DNA from: an uncultured virus (IMG/VR IMGVR_UViG_3300029286_000014)
Taxonomy: Duplodnaviria > Heunggongvirae > Uroviricota > Caudoviricetes
Direction: 5' to 3' (one strand)
Length of the DNA: 64,000 nt
IMG/VR virus record: IMGVR_UViG_3300029286_000014
Shown: positions 9,098 through 19,162 of the stretch, one piece after another
Numbering within the stretch: position 1 is the first letter of the stretch
Layout of the letters: every line of letters begins with the position of its first letter
Program-made: the position numbers and the translations under genes
Notes under the pieces: model-generated
What the model was told of the DNA's origin: nothing
What the model saw: the letters and a program-made list of their open reading frames with translations, nothing else
The model's database searches: none

Positions 9098-9703
9098 ATG
9101 GCTTATCTTAAAGAAAATTTTGAAAATAAAAGAACATTTAACGATGTTGTAAATAAAAGAATTCCAAATCCACCAATATATATAATAAGAAAAAAAATTA
9201 GGGATAGCTTCAGAAATCAAATTAATCCAATAGCAACAAAAGCTATAGAAGACGCTAAGAACATACAAAAATCATTTAATCAGGAAATGTCTACTTTTAG
9301 AGAACAATCGTGGAAATCTGTAACTGAACTCAATAAAAAAATAGTTGAAATTAAAAAAAATGGAGACCTTAATAATCCCAAAGTGAAAGATCAACTAGAT
9401 AGACTTACTAGTGTTAGAAATCGAAAAGTAGAAAGAATAAGAGACCTTCAAAAAGAAATGTCTACATTAAAGGATACAAAAATAACTGGTATTATGGATG
9501 ATTCTGATAAAAAAATAAATGAAATAAAAAGAGTTTATATGATTAAATTTAGAAGAAATGTTGGAATAGCTGCCATATCTATTGCAGTTATTGCACTTAT
9601 TTTTGCAAAAATTAGACAAATAAAAAAAAGAAAAAAAGCAGAAACAGAACTATTAAACGATGAGATGGAGAAAAAACAAAATGGCTTATTTAACAGAAAA
9701 TGA
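9098..9703 (+). CDS. coiled-coil protein with C-terminal transmembrane anchor (paralog 1)
   Basis: VGIAAISIAVIALIFA followed by KIRQIKKRKKAE; IRKKIRDSF motif. Confidence 0.7.
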   Translation: MAYLKENFENKRTFNDVVNKRIPNPPIYIIRKKIRDSFRNQINPIATKAIEDAKNIQKSFNQEMSTFREQSWKSVTELNKKIVEIKKNGDLNNPKVKDQLDRLTSVRNRKVERIRDLQKEMSTLKDTKITGIMDDSDKKINEIKRVYMIKFRRNVGIAAISIAVIALIFAKIRQIKKRKKAETELLNDEMEKKQNGLFNRK

Positions 9704-10292
9704 AATAAAGGATGCAGTTAAAAAATGCAAAGAACTTTTTGAGCATATTAAAAAAGTATATGAGTTGTCACTTAACAAATTTCATGGTATATATTTTATT
9801 GATGATAAAATTTGTAACGTATTAAATATAGTAAATCTTTCAGAAAGACCTTATATTATCAAAAGTGATATTTTAAAAAGAAAAAGATTATATTTACTTC
9901 GTAAACAGGAAATAGATAAAATTATTTATGATTGTGAATCAGTTATTAAGTTAGATATTCCATTTATAAGAAAATTGTGGAAAGATCTTATTAAATCATT
10001 TGATGAAGTTAATGCTCTATATGAAGAAATACCAGAATTGAAAAAAATAATATCTAAAGGAAGTTTTTTTGGAATGAAACCTTATGTCATAGAAGCTTTA
10101 ATGCACATATGCGAAGGTATTAAGACGAAAGCCATCAAATTGTCAGATCAAGAAGCTACAAAAATAGTTTGTCAAGAAGCATGCTATAAAGGAATTGCAA
10201 AAGAAATGGACAAACGAGTTTATGATTTTATAATTCCGAGCGTTTATTCACGCATGTTAACGAGACTATATGTTTTGTGGGAGAGAAACTAA
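9681..10292 (+). CDS. hypothetical protein
   Basis: GGAG RBS and ATG 9681; starts MAYLTEN like the upstream gene MAYLKEN. Confidence 0.65.
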   Translation: MAYLTENEIKDAVKKCKELFEHIKKVYELSLNKFHGIYFIDDKICNVLNIVNLSERPYIIKSDILKRKRLYLLRKQEIDKIIYDCESVIKLDIPFIRKLWKDLIKSFDEVNALYEEIPELKKIISKGSFFGMKPYVIEALMHICEGIKTKAIKLSDQEATKIVCQEACYKGIAKEMDKRVYDFIIPSVYSRMLTRLYVLWERN

Positions 10293-10293
10293 T

Positions 10294-11199
10294 ATGGATA
10301 CATTACTTGAAAATATAATTACTAAAAGAAAAGATCTTGAATATTTAAATGAATTTACTTTATCTGATGAATGGAAAACAAGATTGGGGGCAACAGCAAT
10401 TTTGGAAACAGTTCTTGTATTATGGTTGTTATCACAAGTTTTTTCTGGAACAGATGAATTTAAATTTGAATTACAATATTCAGATATTGATGATGATTTA
10501 ACAGAAAAACTTAGAAAAATTATCAACGAACCAACATTTAATGTTTATAAAATTCATACTTCTGATATGAATGCTTTCACTTATTTGGGAGCTGGGGCAT
10601 CTTGTTACTATACAACTGGGCTTGTTAAGACATTAAATCTTACTGAAGGTGAACTTTTAGCAATATTAATTCATGAATATGGGCATTATAAAGAAGGGCA
10701 TACCACAAACTTTGCTTTTGGAAGAAAGATTGTTTCTATGTCTTTATTGTATGCCATATTTTCTTTTTATATAGTTTTGTCTTCCGAATTTCTTTTAAAA
10801 ATTTCACCAATATTAGCAATGGTTGGTCTATATCCGGGATTGATTGGAATATTTTTAACACCGGGTATGGTTGCAAGAGCACACAGATTTACAGAAATTG
10901 CAGCTGATAAATATATTGCAAAATATGGTTATAAAAAAGAAGGAATATCTGCATTTCAAAAACTTCAAGAATATGAGATGAAAATGATTTGTGATGCTTT
11001 AAATATCCCTAGAGGTGGGCCTTGTTTGAAAAAATTAAAAGATAGATTAATGTTCGATGAACATCCAGACACACAGAGCAGAATAGAAGCCCTAATAAAT
11101 GCGCTTCAAATAAAAGCACTTGCAAAGGTTGGCGATACAAGTAAAATTAATGCAATCTTTAAAAAGTTGTTAGCAATGTATAAAAAATTTGGTGGATGA
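10294..11199 (+). CDS. M48 family (HtpX/Ste24-like) membrane zinc metallopeptidase
   Basis: MNAFT, HEYGH (HExxH), EIAAD third ligand, HPDTQSRI, hydrophobic helices. Confidence 0.88.
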   Translation: MDTLLENIITKRKDLEYLNEFTLSDEWKTRLGATAILETVLVLWLLSQVFSGTDEFKFELQYSDIDDDLTEKLRKIINEPTFNVYKIHTSDMNAFTYLGAGASCYYTTGLVKTLNLTEGELLAILIHEYGHYKEGHTTNFAFGRKIVSMSLLYAIFSFYIVLSSEFLLKISPILAMVGLYPGLIGIFLTPGMVARAHRFTEIAADKYIAKYGYKKEGISAFQKLQEYEMKMICDALNIPRGGPCLKKLKDRLMFDEHPDTQSRIEALINALQIKALAKVGDTSKINAIFKKLLAMYKKFGG

Positions 11200-11205
11200 T
11201 GTAAA

Positions 11206-13134
11206 ATGTTTGGAATTGAAGTTACGTCAAAAGGGGATTATGTCCTTATAAAAGGATTTCCAACAAAATATTTTATTAATGATTGTATTAAATACTTCAA
11301 CACGTCTAAATTCAAAAACATAATGAGTGTTTTTGGTCTATTTAAAACTAAGATTTATATCCACAATTTTTTCTTGCCGGAATTTGTTTTCATAATGGCA
11401 AGATTTAAACGACACTTATACAAACAGATAATCCATGAAATTTATGAAAAGACGTGGTTAAAAGCATCAACTATTATGCACCCATCAAGAATAAATCTTA
11501 CAAGAATATCAAATCTTAATGTTGAGCTAAAGTCCTATCAAAAAGAATTCATAGATCTTTATGATGATAAGAAACAGAAGTATATGTTAAAGGGATATAT
11601 TCTTGCATTTGAGCAAGGTTTAGGAAAGAGCTATACATCATTAGCATTAATGGAAGGACTAGCAAAAGATTGTGTTGTTATTGTCGCACCAAAAAGCACA
11701 ATAAAAACAGTTTGGCAACCAGAAATTAATAAATTATTTAAAACTGATAAAAAGGTATGGACTATAGGCGAAAAACCAGTAAAAGCAAAATATTACATTG
11801 TTAATTACGAATCTCTTGATAAATTATCAACTGTTTTGAGTTATATAAATAAATCAAAAGATGTTGGAATAATTGTTGATGAGTGTCATAACTTCAAAAC
11901 TGCTGGAGCAAAAAGAGTTCGCAGTTTAATCAATGTTGCAAGAGCAACTGAATGCCAAGATATATTGTTAATGAGTGGAACTCCTATAAAAGCAATGGGA
12001 TCAGAAATGATTCCAGCACTTCAACTTATTGATAGTTTCTTTGATGATTCAGTCTTAGAAATATTCAAAAAGACATTTGGTTTAAATGCAGAACATGCTA
12101 CTGAAGTTTTAAGAAATAGACTTGGCCTTATGATGTTCAGAAAAACAAAAGATGAAGTTTTGAAGCTTCCACAAAAAACAAGACATGAAGTTAAAATTAA
12201 GACACCAAATGGAAAAAAATATACAGTTCCAGAAGTTAAAAAATTAATAATAGATTTTATTAATGAAAGAAAAGATTATTATAAAAAGAATTTCGACATA
12301 TTCTCAAAAGAATTTCAAGAGTGCATTGATTATCTATCTAAAAGAATGAATGATGATGAAGATTTTAAAAAGTATCTCTGGGTAATATCAATTCTTAAAA
12401 AGAATGGATATCAAATAGCTTATAAAGATGATATTGCCTGGGCTAATAAATATGAAAGAGAAATTTTAAGACCAATGCTTCCCAATGAACTAAAAAAGAA
12501 ATTTGATAGATCAAAATCTGTTGTTAAATATTTAAATCTAAAAATAATGGGTGAAGTATTAGGTGGATTACTTACAAAATTGAGAGCTGAAATGTTTTCT
12601 GAAATGCTCCAACACAGTCCAACGTGTAATATAATAAGTCAGGCTGAAAAGAAGACAGTATGTTTTACAACTTTCGTTGATGTTGCAAATACAGCAGATC
12701 ATTACATAAGAAATTTTTGCAAATTTGAACCATTATTGATTACAGGACAAACTTCTCAAAATATAAAAGAGATGCTTTCACTTTTTAAACAAGACCCAAA
12801 TGCAAATCCAATTGTTGCAACAATTCAAACAATGTCAACTGGTGTTAATCTTGTTGAAGCAAATACAGTTATATTTATAAATCAACCTTGGAGACACACG
12901 GATAGAATTCAAGCGGAAGATAGATGCCACAGAATAGGGCAGGATACAGATGTTTTTATTTATAACTATGTTCTTGACACAGGAACTGAGCAAAATCTCT
13001 CAACAAGAATGGAAGATATAATTGCTTGGTCTAAAGACATGTTTGAAGGAATAATTGGAGACACAGTTCCTGAAGCGGATTTGAAAAAAATGGTTGGAAA
13101 AGAAATGGTTGATACCATTGTTGGTTTTGATTGA
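11206..13134 (+). CDS. SNF2-family helicase/ATPase
   Basis: EQGLGKS, IVNYE, VDECH, MSGTP, GVNL, QAEDRCHRIGQ. Confidence 0.92.
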   Translation: MFGIEVTSKGDYVLIKGFPTKYFINDCIKYFNTSKFKNIMSVFGLFKTKIYIHNFFLPEFVFIMARFKRHLYKQIIHEIYEKTWLKASTIMHPSRINLTRISNLNVELKSYQKEFIDLYDDKKQKYMLKGYILAFEQGLGKSYTSLALMEGLAKDCVVIVAPKSTIKTVWQPEINKLFKTDKKVWTIGEKPVKAKYYIVNYESLDKLSTVLSYINKSKDVGIIVDECHNFKTAGAKRVRSLINVARATECQDILLMSGTPIKAMGSEMIPALQLIDSFFDDSVLEIFKKTFGLNAEHATEVLRNRLGLMMFRKTKDEVLKLPQKTRHEVKIKTPNGKKYTVPEVKKLIIDFINERKDYYKKNFDIFSKEFQECIDYLSKRMNDDEDFKKYLWVISILKKNGYQIAYKDDIAWANKYEREILRPMLPNELKKKFDRSKSVVKYLNLKIMGEVLGGLLTKLRAEMFSEMLQHSPTCNIISQAEKKTVCFTTFVDVANTADHYIRNFCKFEPLLITGQTSQNIKEMLSLFKQDPNANPIVATIQTMSTGVNLVEANTVIFINQPWRHTDRIQAEDRCHRIGQDTDVFIYNYVLDTGTEQNLSTRMEDIIAWSKDMFEGIIGDTVPEADLKKMVGKEMVDTIVGFD

Positions 13135-13207
13135 TAGATTAATTTTCGTGTAAACCTAACAAATTTACCCTAAATATACATTTTTAAAACAATAAAAGGA
13201 GAATGAT

Positions 13208-15958
13208 ATGCCGACAGGTAAAAAAATTGTTTTGTCAGATAACGCTACAGAAGTTGCAACAGCAAGATATTTTAACAATGGTGAAGATTGGGAATCATGT
13301 ACAGCTAGAGTTGCAAAAGCTGTTTCAGATGTTGAATTTAATAAAAAAGATTTTTCTGATAAGTTTCATGAAGTTATATATAATATGGATTTTATTCCTG
13401 GAGGAAGAATTTTAAGAAATGCTGGAAGAGTGAAGGGATCAATGTTAAATTGCTATGTGGTTCCTATTGGTGATTCCATTGAAGAAATTGGTCAATTTAT
13501 AAAAGACTCATTGACACTTTGGTCTGAAGGTGGTGGGGTCGGATGTAATTTTTCAAATTTGAGACCTGCTGGTGATCCGATTCTTGGTAAGGGTGGGCAT
13601 TCATCGGGAATGGTTTCATTCATAAAAGCTGCGGACGCAGTATCTAAAACTATTGAAAGTGGTGGTCAACGGAGAGCAGCTGCATTAGCATGTGTAGAAG
13701 TTTCACACCCAGAAGTTGTAGAGTTTATCAATTCAAAACTTGTTGATAATGAACTATCTCATTTCAACATATCAGTTCTTGTAAATGAAGAATTTCTTAA
13801 AGCAGTTGAAGCTAATGCAAATTGGACATTTAAATTCAAACAAAGAGAATATCAAACGGTTCCAGCTAGAGAAATATGGAATCTAATTGTTTCAAATATG
13901 ATTAACAAGGCAGAACCAGGATTATTGAATGGAACGAACTTATATAAAAATAATTCATATTATTTTGATCCAGTTGTATCCACGAATCCTTGTTGGACGG
14001 GCGATACTCTAGTTGCTGTTGCGGATGGAAGAGGTGAAGTTTCATTTGAGCAGCTAGCTATGGAATCAAAAGATGTTCCTGTGTATTGTTTTAATCCAAA
14101 AACAAAAGAAACTGAAATAAGAATGATGAGAAATCCAAGAAAAACATCTGAAAAAGAAAAAATTCTTGAAATTATTTTAGATGATGGTTCCTCATTTAAA
14201 TGTACTGAAAACCATAAACTTGTTGATAAAAATGGAATTGAAGTTTTTACTAAAGATTTGAAACCTGGTTCAAGATTACACCATATGATAAAGACATATG
14301 GAAATAATATTAAAGAACAACAAGAACCAATTGCAATTTGGAATGGATATGTAAATAAAAAGGGATATTGTTTTGAACATAGAGTTCAAGCTGAATTTTT
14401 ATTAGGAAGAAAATTAAAAGATGGTGAATCTGTACATCATAGAGATGAAAATAATCAGAACAATACTTTTGAAAATATTTGTGTAATGAATCATGGTGAA
14501 CACACAAAGATGCATCAAAGTGGTGATAAAAATGTAATGAGAAGCAAGTGGTGGAATAATCAATCTGAAAAAATAAAAAATGAATATAAAAGAAAAATGT
14601 CAATTTCTACATCGGGAACAAAAAATGGAAATTGGTCTGGATATACATTAGATGATCTAAAACCTATTGCTTTAACATATATTATTTCTTTGGGGAGAAA
14701 ACCATTAGTTAAAGAATGGGTGAAATATTGTAAAGATAACAAGCTTCCACATTCAATATCTGCAACATCTGATTTTATAAATGAAGTATATGAAAGTATT
14801 AATTTAAATTATAAGGTGGTTTCAATTAGAGAATGTGATTATGAAGCTGTTTATAATGGAACTGTTGATGATTTTCATAATTATTATGTTTTTACTAATT
14901 TTAGCAAAAATAAAAGTGGAAAAAATAGAAAAAATTATATATTAAGTAAAAATTGTGGCGAAGCAGTTCTTGAAAATTATGGTTCATGTTGTTTGGGATC
15001 GTTGGTATTACCGAATTTCATTACAGGAACGACAAATACAAATTGGCAAAAATTAGAAAGAACAATTAAACTTGCAGTAAGATTTCTTGATAATGTCATT
15101 GATGTAAATAAATATACACTAAATGAAATTGATATTAAAGGGCATAATGGAAGAAGAATAGGTCTTGGAATAATGGGGCTCGCAGATTATTTATTTGCAA
15201 AAGAATTGAGATATGGATCTAAAGAAGCTTTAGCAGAAATTGAACGTTTGATGAAATTTATAAGAGATATTGCATATCAAACATCAGTTGAATTGGCTGT
15301 AGAAAAGGGAGCATTCCCAAGATTTGACCCAGTATATTATGGAAATTCATCATTTGTAAGAAAACTTCCTGCTCCATTAAGAATGGAAATAAAATCAAAA
15401 GGTATAAGAAATGTCACATTGTTATCAATTGCCCCAACAGGAACAATTTCTCTACTTAGAGAATGTTCGAGTGGCATTGAACCTTTGATGTTTAAATCAT
15501 ATAAGAGAAGAGATAGAGTTGGTGAAAGAGTATACATTCATCCAAGATATAAAAATTTACTATTAACAGGAAATGCTGTTCCTAGTTGGTTTGTTGATAT
15601 GACAGACCTAAGTCCAAAAGATCATTTTGAAACACAAGCAATGATTCAAAAATATGTTGATGGGGCTGTAAGTAAAACAATTAATCTTCCTGCTGGAACA
15701 ACTGCTGATGATCTTGATAAACTTCTTCTTGAATATACTCATGACCTAAAAGGTGTAACTGTTTATGTTGATGGTTCAAGAGGTGGGCAAGTTTATGAAA
15801 ATTTAACAGAAGAAGAAGCTATTGAATATATTGCAGGCGAAAGTGTAAATGATGAACTGAGCATAGATGATGTGGAATGCGCGTGTGCTAAACCAGTTGA
15901 AGATGAAGAAGGAAAAGAAATAGGTTGCGAAATTCCCACAAAAATTAAAGAGGAGTAA
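13208..15958 (+). CDS. nrdJ: class II (adenosylcobalamin-dependent) ribonucleotide reductase, intein-containing
   Basis: PGGRIL, NCYV, GGGVG, RRAA, TNP|CGE split by intein, RRIGLGIMG, IAPTGTIS, VSKTINLP; no small subunit nearby. Confidence 0.88.
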   Translation: MPTGKKIVLSDNATEVATARYFNNGEDWESCTARVAKAVSDVEFNKKDFSDKFHEVIYNMDFIPGGRILRNAGRVKGSMLNCYVVPIGDSIEEIGQFIKDSLTLWSEGGGVGCNFSNLRPAGDPILGKGGHSSGMVSFIKAADAVSKTIESGGQRRAAALACVEVSHPEVVEFINSKLVDNELSHFNISVLVNEEFLKAVEANANWTFKFKQREYQTVPAREIWNLIVSNMINKAEPGLLNGTNLYKNNSYYFDPVVSTNPCWTGDTLVAVADGRGEVSFEQLAMESKDVPVYCFNPKTKETEIRMMRNPRKTSEKEKILEIILDDGSSFKCTENHKLVDKNGIEVFTKDLKPGSRLHHMIKTYGNNIKEQQEPIAIWNGYVNKKGYCFEHRVQAEFLLGRKLKDGESVHHRDENNQNNTFENICVMNHGEHTKMHQSGDKNVMRSKWWNNQSEKIKNEYKRKMSISTSGTKNGNWSGYTLDDLKPIALTYIISLGRKPLVKEWVKYCKDNKLPHSISATSDFINEVYESINLNYKVVSIRECDYEAVYNGTVDDFHNYYVFTNFSKNKSGKNRKNYILSKNCGEAVLENYGSCCLGSLVLPNFITGTTNTNWQKLERTIKLAVRFLDNVIDVNKYTLNEIDIKGHNGRRIGLGIMGLADYLFAKELRYGSKEALAEIERLMKFIRDIAYQTSVELAVEKGAFPRFDPVYYGNSSFVRKLPAPLRMEIKSKGIRNVTLLSIAPTGTISLLRECSSGIEPLMFKSYKRRDRVGERVYIHPRYKNLLLTGNAVPSWFVDMTDLSPKDHFETQAMIQKYVDGAVSKTINLPAGTTADDLDKLLLEYTHDLKGVTVYVDGSRGGQVYENLTEEEAIEYIAGESVNDELSIDDVECACAKPVEDEEGKEIGCEIPTKIKEE
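13991..14953 (+). mobile_element. intein (321 aa) with HNH endonuclease in nrdJ
   Basis: CWTGDTLV N-terminus, CTENH block B, EHR..VHHRDENNQNN..EN HNH domain, VYNGTVDDFHNY block F, ends SKN|C. Confidence 0.92.
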
Positions 15959-15963
15959 TCAAA

Positions 15964-16209
15964 ATGGAGCCAGAAGAAATTAAAAAAGAAATAGATAAGA
16001 TTCTATTAAAAGTAGTTTTTGAACCTGTTGAAAAAGCTGAAGATTTTCTAATGGAACATTTTTCTGGATTAGTTTTTGATGGAAAAATTAAAGATTATGA
16101 TTTTTCACTTAATATGGATAAACATAATGATTTCACATTTGATGCAAATGTTGTTGCAAATGATGAGAAAGAAACTAAATTTTCAGTAAATGCAAAAATT
16201 AGTTGGTAA
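15964..16209 (+). CDS. hypothetical protein
   Basis: 81-aa ORF with GAGGAG RBS. Confidence 0.6.
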   Translation: MEPEEIKKEIDKILLKVVFEPVEKAEDFLMEHFSGLVFDGKIKDYDFSLNMDKHNDFTFDANVVANDEKETKFSVNAKISW

Positions 16210-16222
16210 AAGGAGATAAAAT

Positions 16223-16447
16223 ATGTCACTAATATTAGAAACAGGACAAGTTTGCCCACATGCAACAGTTTGTTCATACAATACATCAGGGCCAGAATTT
16301 TGTCAGGGGGCACTTGCAACTAGAAAAGGAAAATTTGTATGTGAGTTTGCAAACCAAAATGGTATTATAAAAGAAGATGGATTCAGAAGTAGATTTGATC
16401 AAACAGGAAAAATGAAAATTATAATGGAGACTCCTCAAAATGGTTGA
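16223..16447 (+). CDS. small Cys-containing hypothetical protein
   Basis: 74-aa ORF, AAGGAG RBS, four Cys. Confidence 0.6.
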   Translation: MSLILETGQVCPHATVCSYNTSGPEFCQGALATRKGKFVCEFANQNGIIKEDGFRSRFDQTGKMKIIMETPQNG

Positions 16448-16826
16448 AGATAAATCAAATGAAAAATATGAAAAACTATTAGTGGAGTATAGAGATCAAA
16501 GAGAAGCTTTAAAAATATTGATTGATGAATTGGAAAAACTTAAAAAAGATATCGACAAACTATTTCCTGATAGGTTAGATAAAAGATATTTGGGCGGGTT
16601 GTTCGATCAGAAGATAAAAGCTGCAACTGAAATGTTTAAAGCAATTCTTGAACTCAGAAAGGAGATAGCCAAAAACGTAAAAGACGAATTTGAAATGAGA
16701 CGTAAGCTTGATAACGATATTAATGAAACAACTGATAGTAATGTTTTCGATGTAAGAAAAGCTGTAAAACTTCTTCAAGAAGATGATAATTTAGTTGTAT
16801 TGAGAAAAAAAAGTGCAATTAATTAA
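16440..16826 (+). CDS. coiled-coil hypothetical protein
   Basis: 128-aa helical ORF, GGAG RBS. Confidence 0.6.
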   Translation: MVEDKSNEKYEKLLVEYRDQREALKILIDELEKLKKDIDKLFPDRLDKRYLGGLFDQKIKAATEMFKAILELRKEIAKNVKDEFEMRRKLDNDINETTDSNVFDVRKAVKLLQEDDNLVVLRKKSAIN

Positions 16827-16859
16827 CAAAATTAAAAAGAGAAAAGGAGAATTGTAGAG

Positions 16860-18215
16860 ATGGGAGAAGGTATAATTTTAGATGATGAATTTTTGGATAT
16901 CGATGGACAACCAATAAACGATTTAGAAAAAATTGATGGCGAGATTAAAGAATTTACAAAAGAACTTAAAATTGAAATAACTGAAGAAGATAAAGCTATT
17001 TATTCTGCTCCAGTTAGTGCAATTAAAAAGAAACCAGGAAGAAAAGCAAAAATAGATGTACCAACACCAGGTGAATTGAATCAAATGTCTGATGATGAAG
17101 TTGAAAAAGCAGCTCCATCTATGGGGGATCAGATAAAGTCTTTATATTATGAGTTTAATTCATTTTTAGTAAATAAAACTGATATTAAACCAGATACTGG
17201 TGTAAAAACAACAATCCCAATTGGAATAGATGTATTAGATGCTATAATGGGTGGTGGGTTTGCTATTGGAACAATGGCAATGGTTATAGGAACTAGTGGT
17301 GGCGGAAAATCAATGCTAGTAATACAAGCTGCTGCAAATGCACAAAAGATATATAAAGGAAATATTCTTATTATGTATCTTGATTCTGAAGAAGCCACTA
17401 CAACAGCAAGAATGGCTAGTCTGGGTGTTAGACACCCAACACTTCAACCCTACAATGATATAACTATTGAAAAAGTATTTAGATCACTTGAAGGGGTTTG
17501 TTTATATAAAGAAATGAAAAATATTATTGAACAACCTTCAATTGTTGTTTGGGATTCAATTGCAAATACATTAAGTGAAAAGGAAAGACAAGAGGAAGAT
17601 ATAAATAAATCTATTGGATACAAAGCTAGATTGCTTACAGTTTTGATTCCAAAATACGTGGCAAAATTATCAGCTTATAATATATGTCTAATCGCTGTCA
17701 ATCAATTAAGGGACAATATACAGATTGGGCCATATCAAGCACCAAAAGATTTGAATTTTATGAGACAGGGAAAAACCATTCCTGGAGGGAATGCCACAAA
17801 ATTTAATGCGTTTCATATAATTGATAGCAAAATTAAAGGGGTTGTTGATCCTGGGAAATTTGGGTTCGATGGAATTGTTGTTGAAATGAAATGTATTAAA
17901 AATAAGTTATTTCCACCAAATATTCCTGTTCAGTTAGCTGGGCATTTTGTAACTGGATTTAATAATTTCTGGACAAATTATATGTTTTTGATTGAACATA
18001 AAAGAATAATACCTGGAGGCGGATGGAATACTATAACATCAATGCCAGCTAAAAGGTTTAGAACTATAGATGCTAAAGATATGTTTCATAATAATCCAGA
18101 ATTTAAACAAGCATTTAATGAAGCAGTTCAAGAAACAATTAAAATTGAAATTCTTGAAAAGAACAACCCTTTCATTTTTGAAAATGATGATGAAGACGAT
18201 GATAAAAATGATTAA
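16860..18215 (+). CDS. recA: RecA/UvsX-like recombinase with acidic N-terminal extension
   Basis: IGIDVLDAIMGGG, GTSGGGKS, YLDSE, VVWDSIA, VNQLR, PGGNATKF, IKNKLFPP. Confidence 0.88.
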   Translation: MGEGIILDDEFLDIDGQPINDLEKIDGEIKEFTKELKIEITEEDKAIYSAPVSAIKKKPGRKAKIDVPTPGELNQMSDDEVEKAAPSMGDQIKSLYYEFNSFLVNKTDIKPDTGVKTTIPIGIDVLDAIMGGGFAIGTMAMVIGTSGGGKSMLVIQAAANAQKIYKGNILIMYLDSEEATTTARMASLGVRHPTLQPYNDITIEKVFRSLEGVCLYKEMKNIIEQPSIVVWDSIANTLSEKERQEEDINKSIGYKARLLTVLIPKYVAKLSAYNICLIAVNQLRDNIQIGPYQAPKDLNFMRQGKTIPGGNATKFNAFHIIDSKIKGVVDPGKFGFDGIVVEMKCIKNKLFPPNIPVQLAGHFVTGFNNFWTNYMFLIEHKRIIPGGGWNTITSMPAKRFRTIDAKDMFHNNPEFKQAFNEAVQETIKIEILEKNNPFIFENDDEDDDKND

Positions 18216-18236
18216 AATGTTAATACCAAGAATTTG

Positions 18237-18253
18237 TTAGAACAAAATATAAA
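18237..18253 (+). promoter_or_regulatory. putative late promoter motif TTAGAACAAAATATAAA
   Basis: Intergenic; recurring AACAAA-WWTAAA motif upstream of an RBS. Confidence 0.5.
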
Positions 18254-18280
18254 CATTAATTTTGAGAAGGAGAATTTTGA

Positions 18281-18577
18281 ATGATGCCTATACAGGAAGT
18301 AATGGAAGAATTCATTGGTAATCTGGTTAAGAATTTAGTCGATGTGGAAAGCGATGTTAAAATTGAAGTTTCAATATCCACAAAAGCTGTTATTATTCAG
18401 ATTAAGGCTAATAAAAGCGACTTGGGTAAAGTCATTGGAAAGAAAGGTAGAACAATTGAAGCAATAAAAATAATTGCTTTAGCTGTTAAAAACACCAAAT
18501 TTCCTGGTGACAATAAGGGGGTATCTGTAGAGATACTTGAGGATGAACCAACAACTTATAAAAAGTTAATAAGTTAA
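18281..18577 (+). CDS. khpA: single-KH-domain RNA-binding protein KhpA/YlqC
   Basis: LVKNLVD..DVKI..DLGKVIGKKGRTIEAIK (GxxG). Confidence 0.85.
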   Translation: MMPIQEVMEEFIGNLVKNLVDVESDVKIEVSISTKAVIIQIKANKSDLGKVIGKKGRTIEAIKIIALAVKNTKFPGDNKGVSVEILEDEPTTYKKLIS

Positions 18578-18595
18578 CTTTCGGAGGAATTAAAT

Positions 18596-19162
18596 ATGTT
18601 AGTTAAAGAATCAAAAATTAGGGTACTTGAAAATTTTTATGGTGTAGATTATGCTCTACTTGGAAAACCAGTTAGTGAAGCAAGTGTTTGTTGCCCCTTT
18701 CTTACAGAAGAATATCTCTCAACAAAAGGTGCACTTATGTCTTGTTTGGTAGAAATGTACAAAGAAATTGAGCATTCACCAAAAGCAACTAAAACCTCAA
18801 TCAAAGAATCAGATCTTCATCTTCTTGCAAAGAAAAGTGCAAAAGTTGCTAGAGAAAATGCTAAACTGTCGGTTGGGTCTGAGAAAGGAAGAGCAAGAAT
18901 TAAAAAGGCAGTTTCTGAAGCTCTTCAGATCTCAAAGAAACAAAAGAAAGTAAATATTGATTCAATTGTTAAAAATAAGACTCAGCTTGAAGCTTTTGTT
19001 TCATGTCTTGATTCAATGTTGATAGGAAGAGCTTTGAAAGAATCAAAAAATCCTACAGCTTTGAAAGAAACATGGACTGGAAAAATTTTGAAAGAAGCAT
19101 ATCTTTCATTGAGAACTGCGTTGGCTGAATCAGCAATCGAAATTTTGGAGAATAAAATCTGA
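18596..19162 (+). CDS. hypothetical protein (possibly virion)
   Basis: 188-aa ORF, GGAGG RBS; several (L/V)xE motifs. Confidence 0.6.
   Translation: MLVKESKIRVLENFYGVDYALLGKPVSEASVCCPFLTEEYLSTKGALMSCLVEMYKEIEHSPKATKTSIKESDLHLLAKKSAKVARENAKLSVGSEKGRARIKKAVSEALQISKKQKKVNIDSIVKNKTQLEAFVSCLDSMLIGRALKESKNPTALKETWTGKILKEAYLSLRTALAESAIEILENKI

Noticed and set aside
16440..16826. Terminase small subunit
   Set aside because: Only a generic helical coiled-coil resemblance; no large terminase nearby
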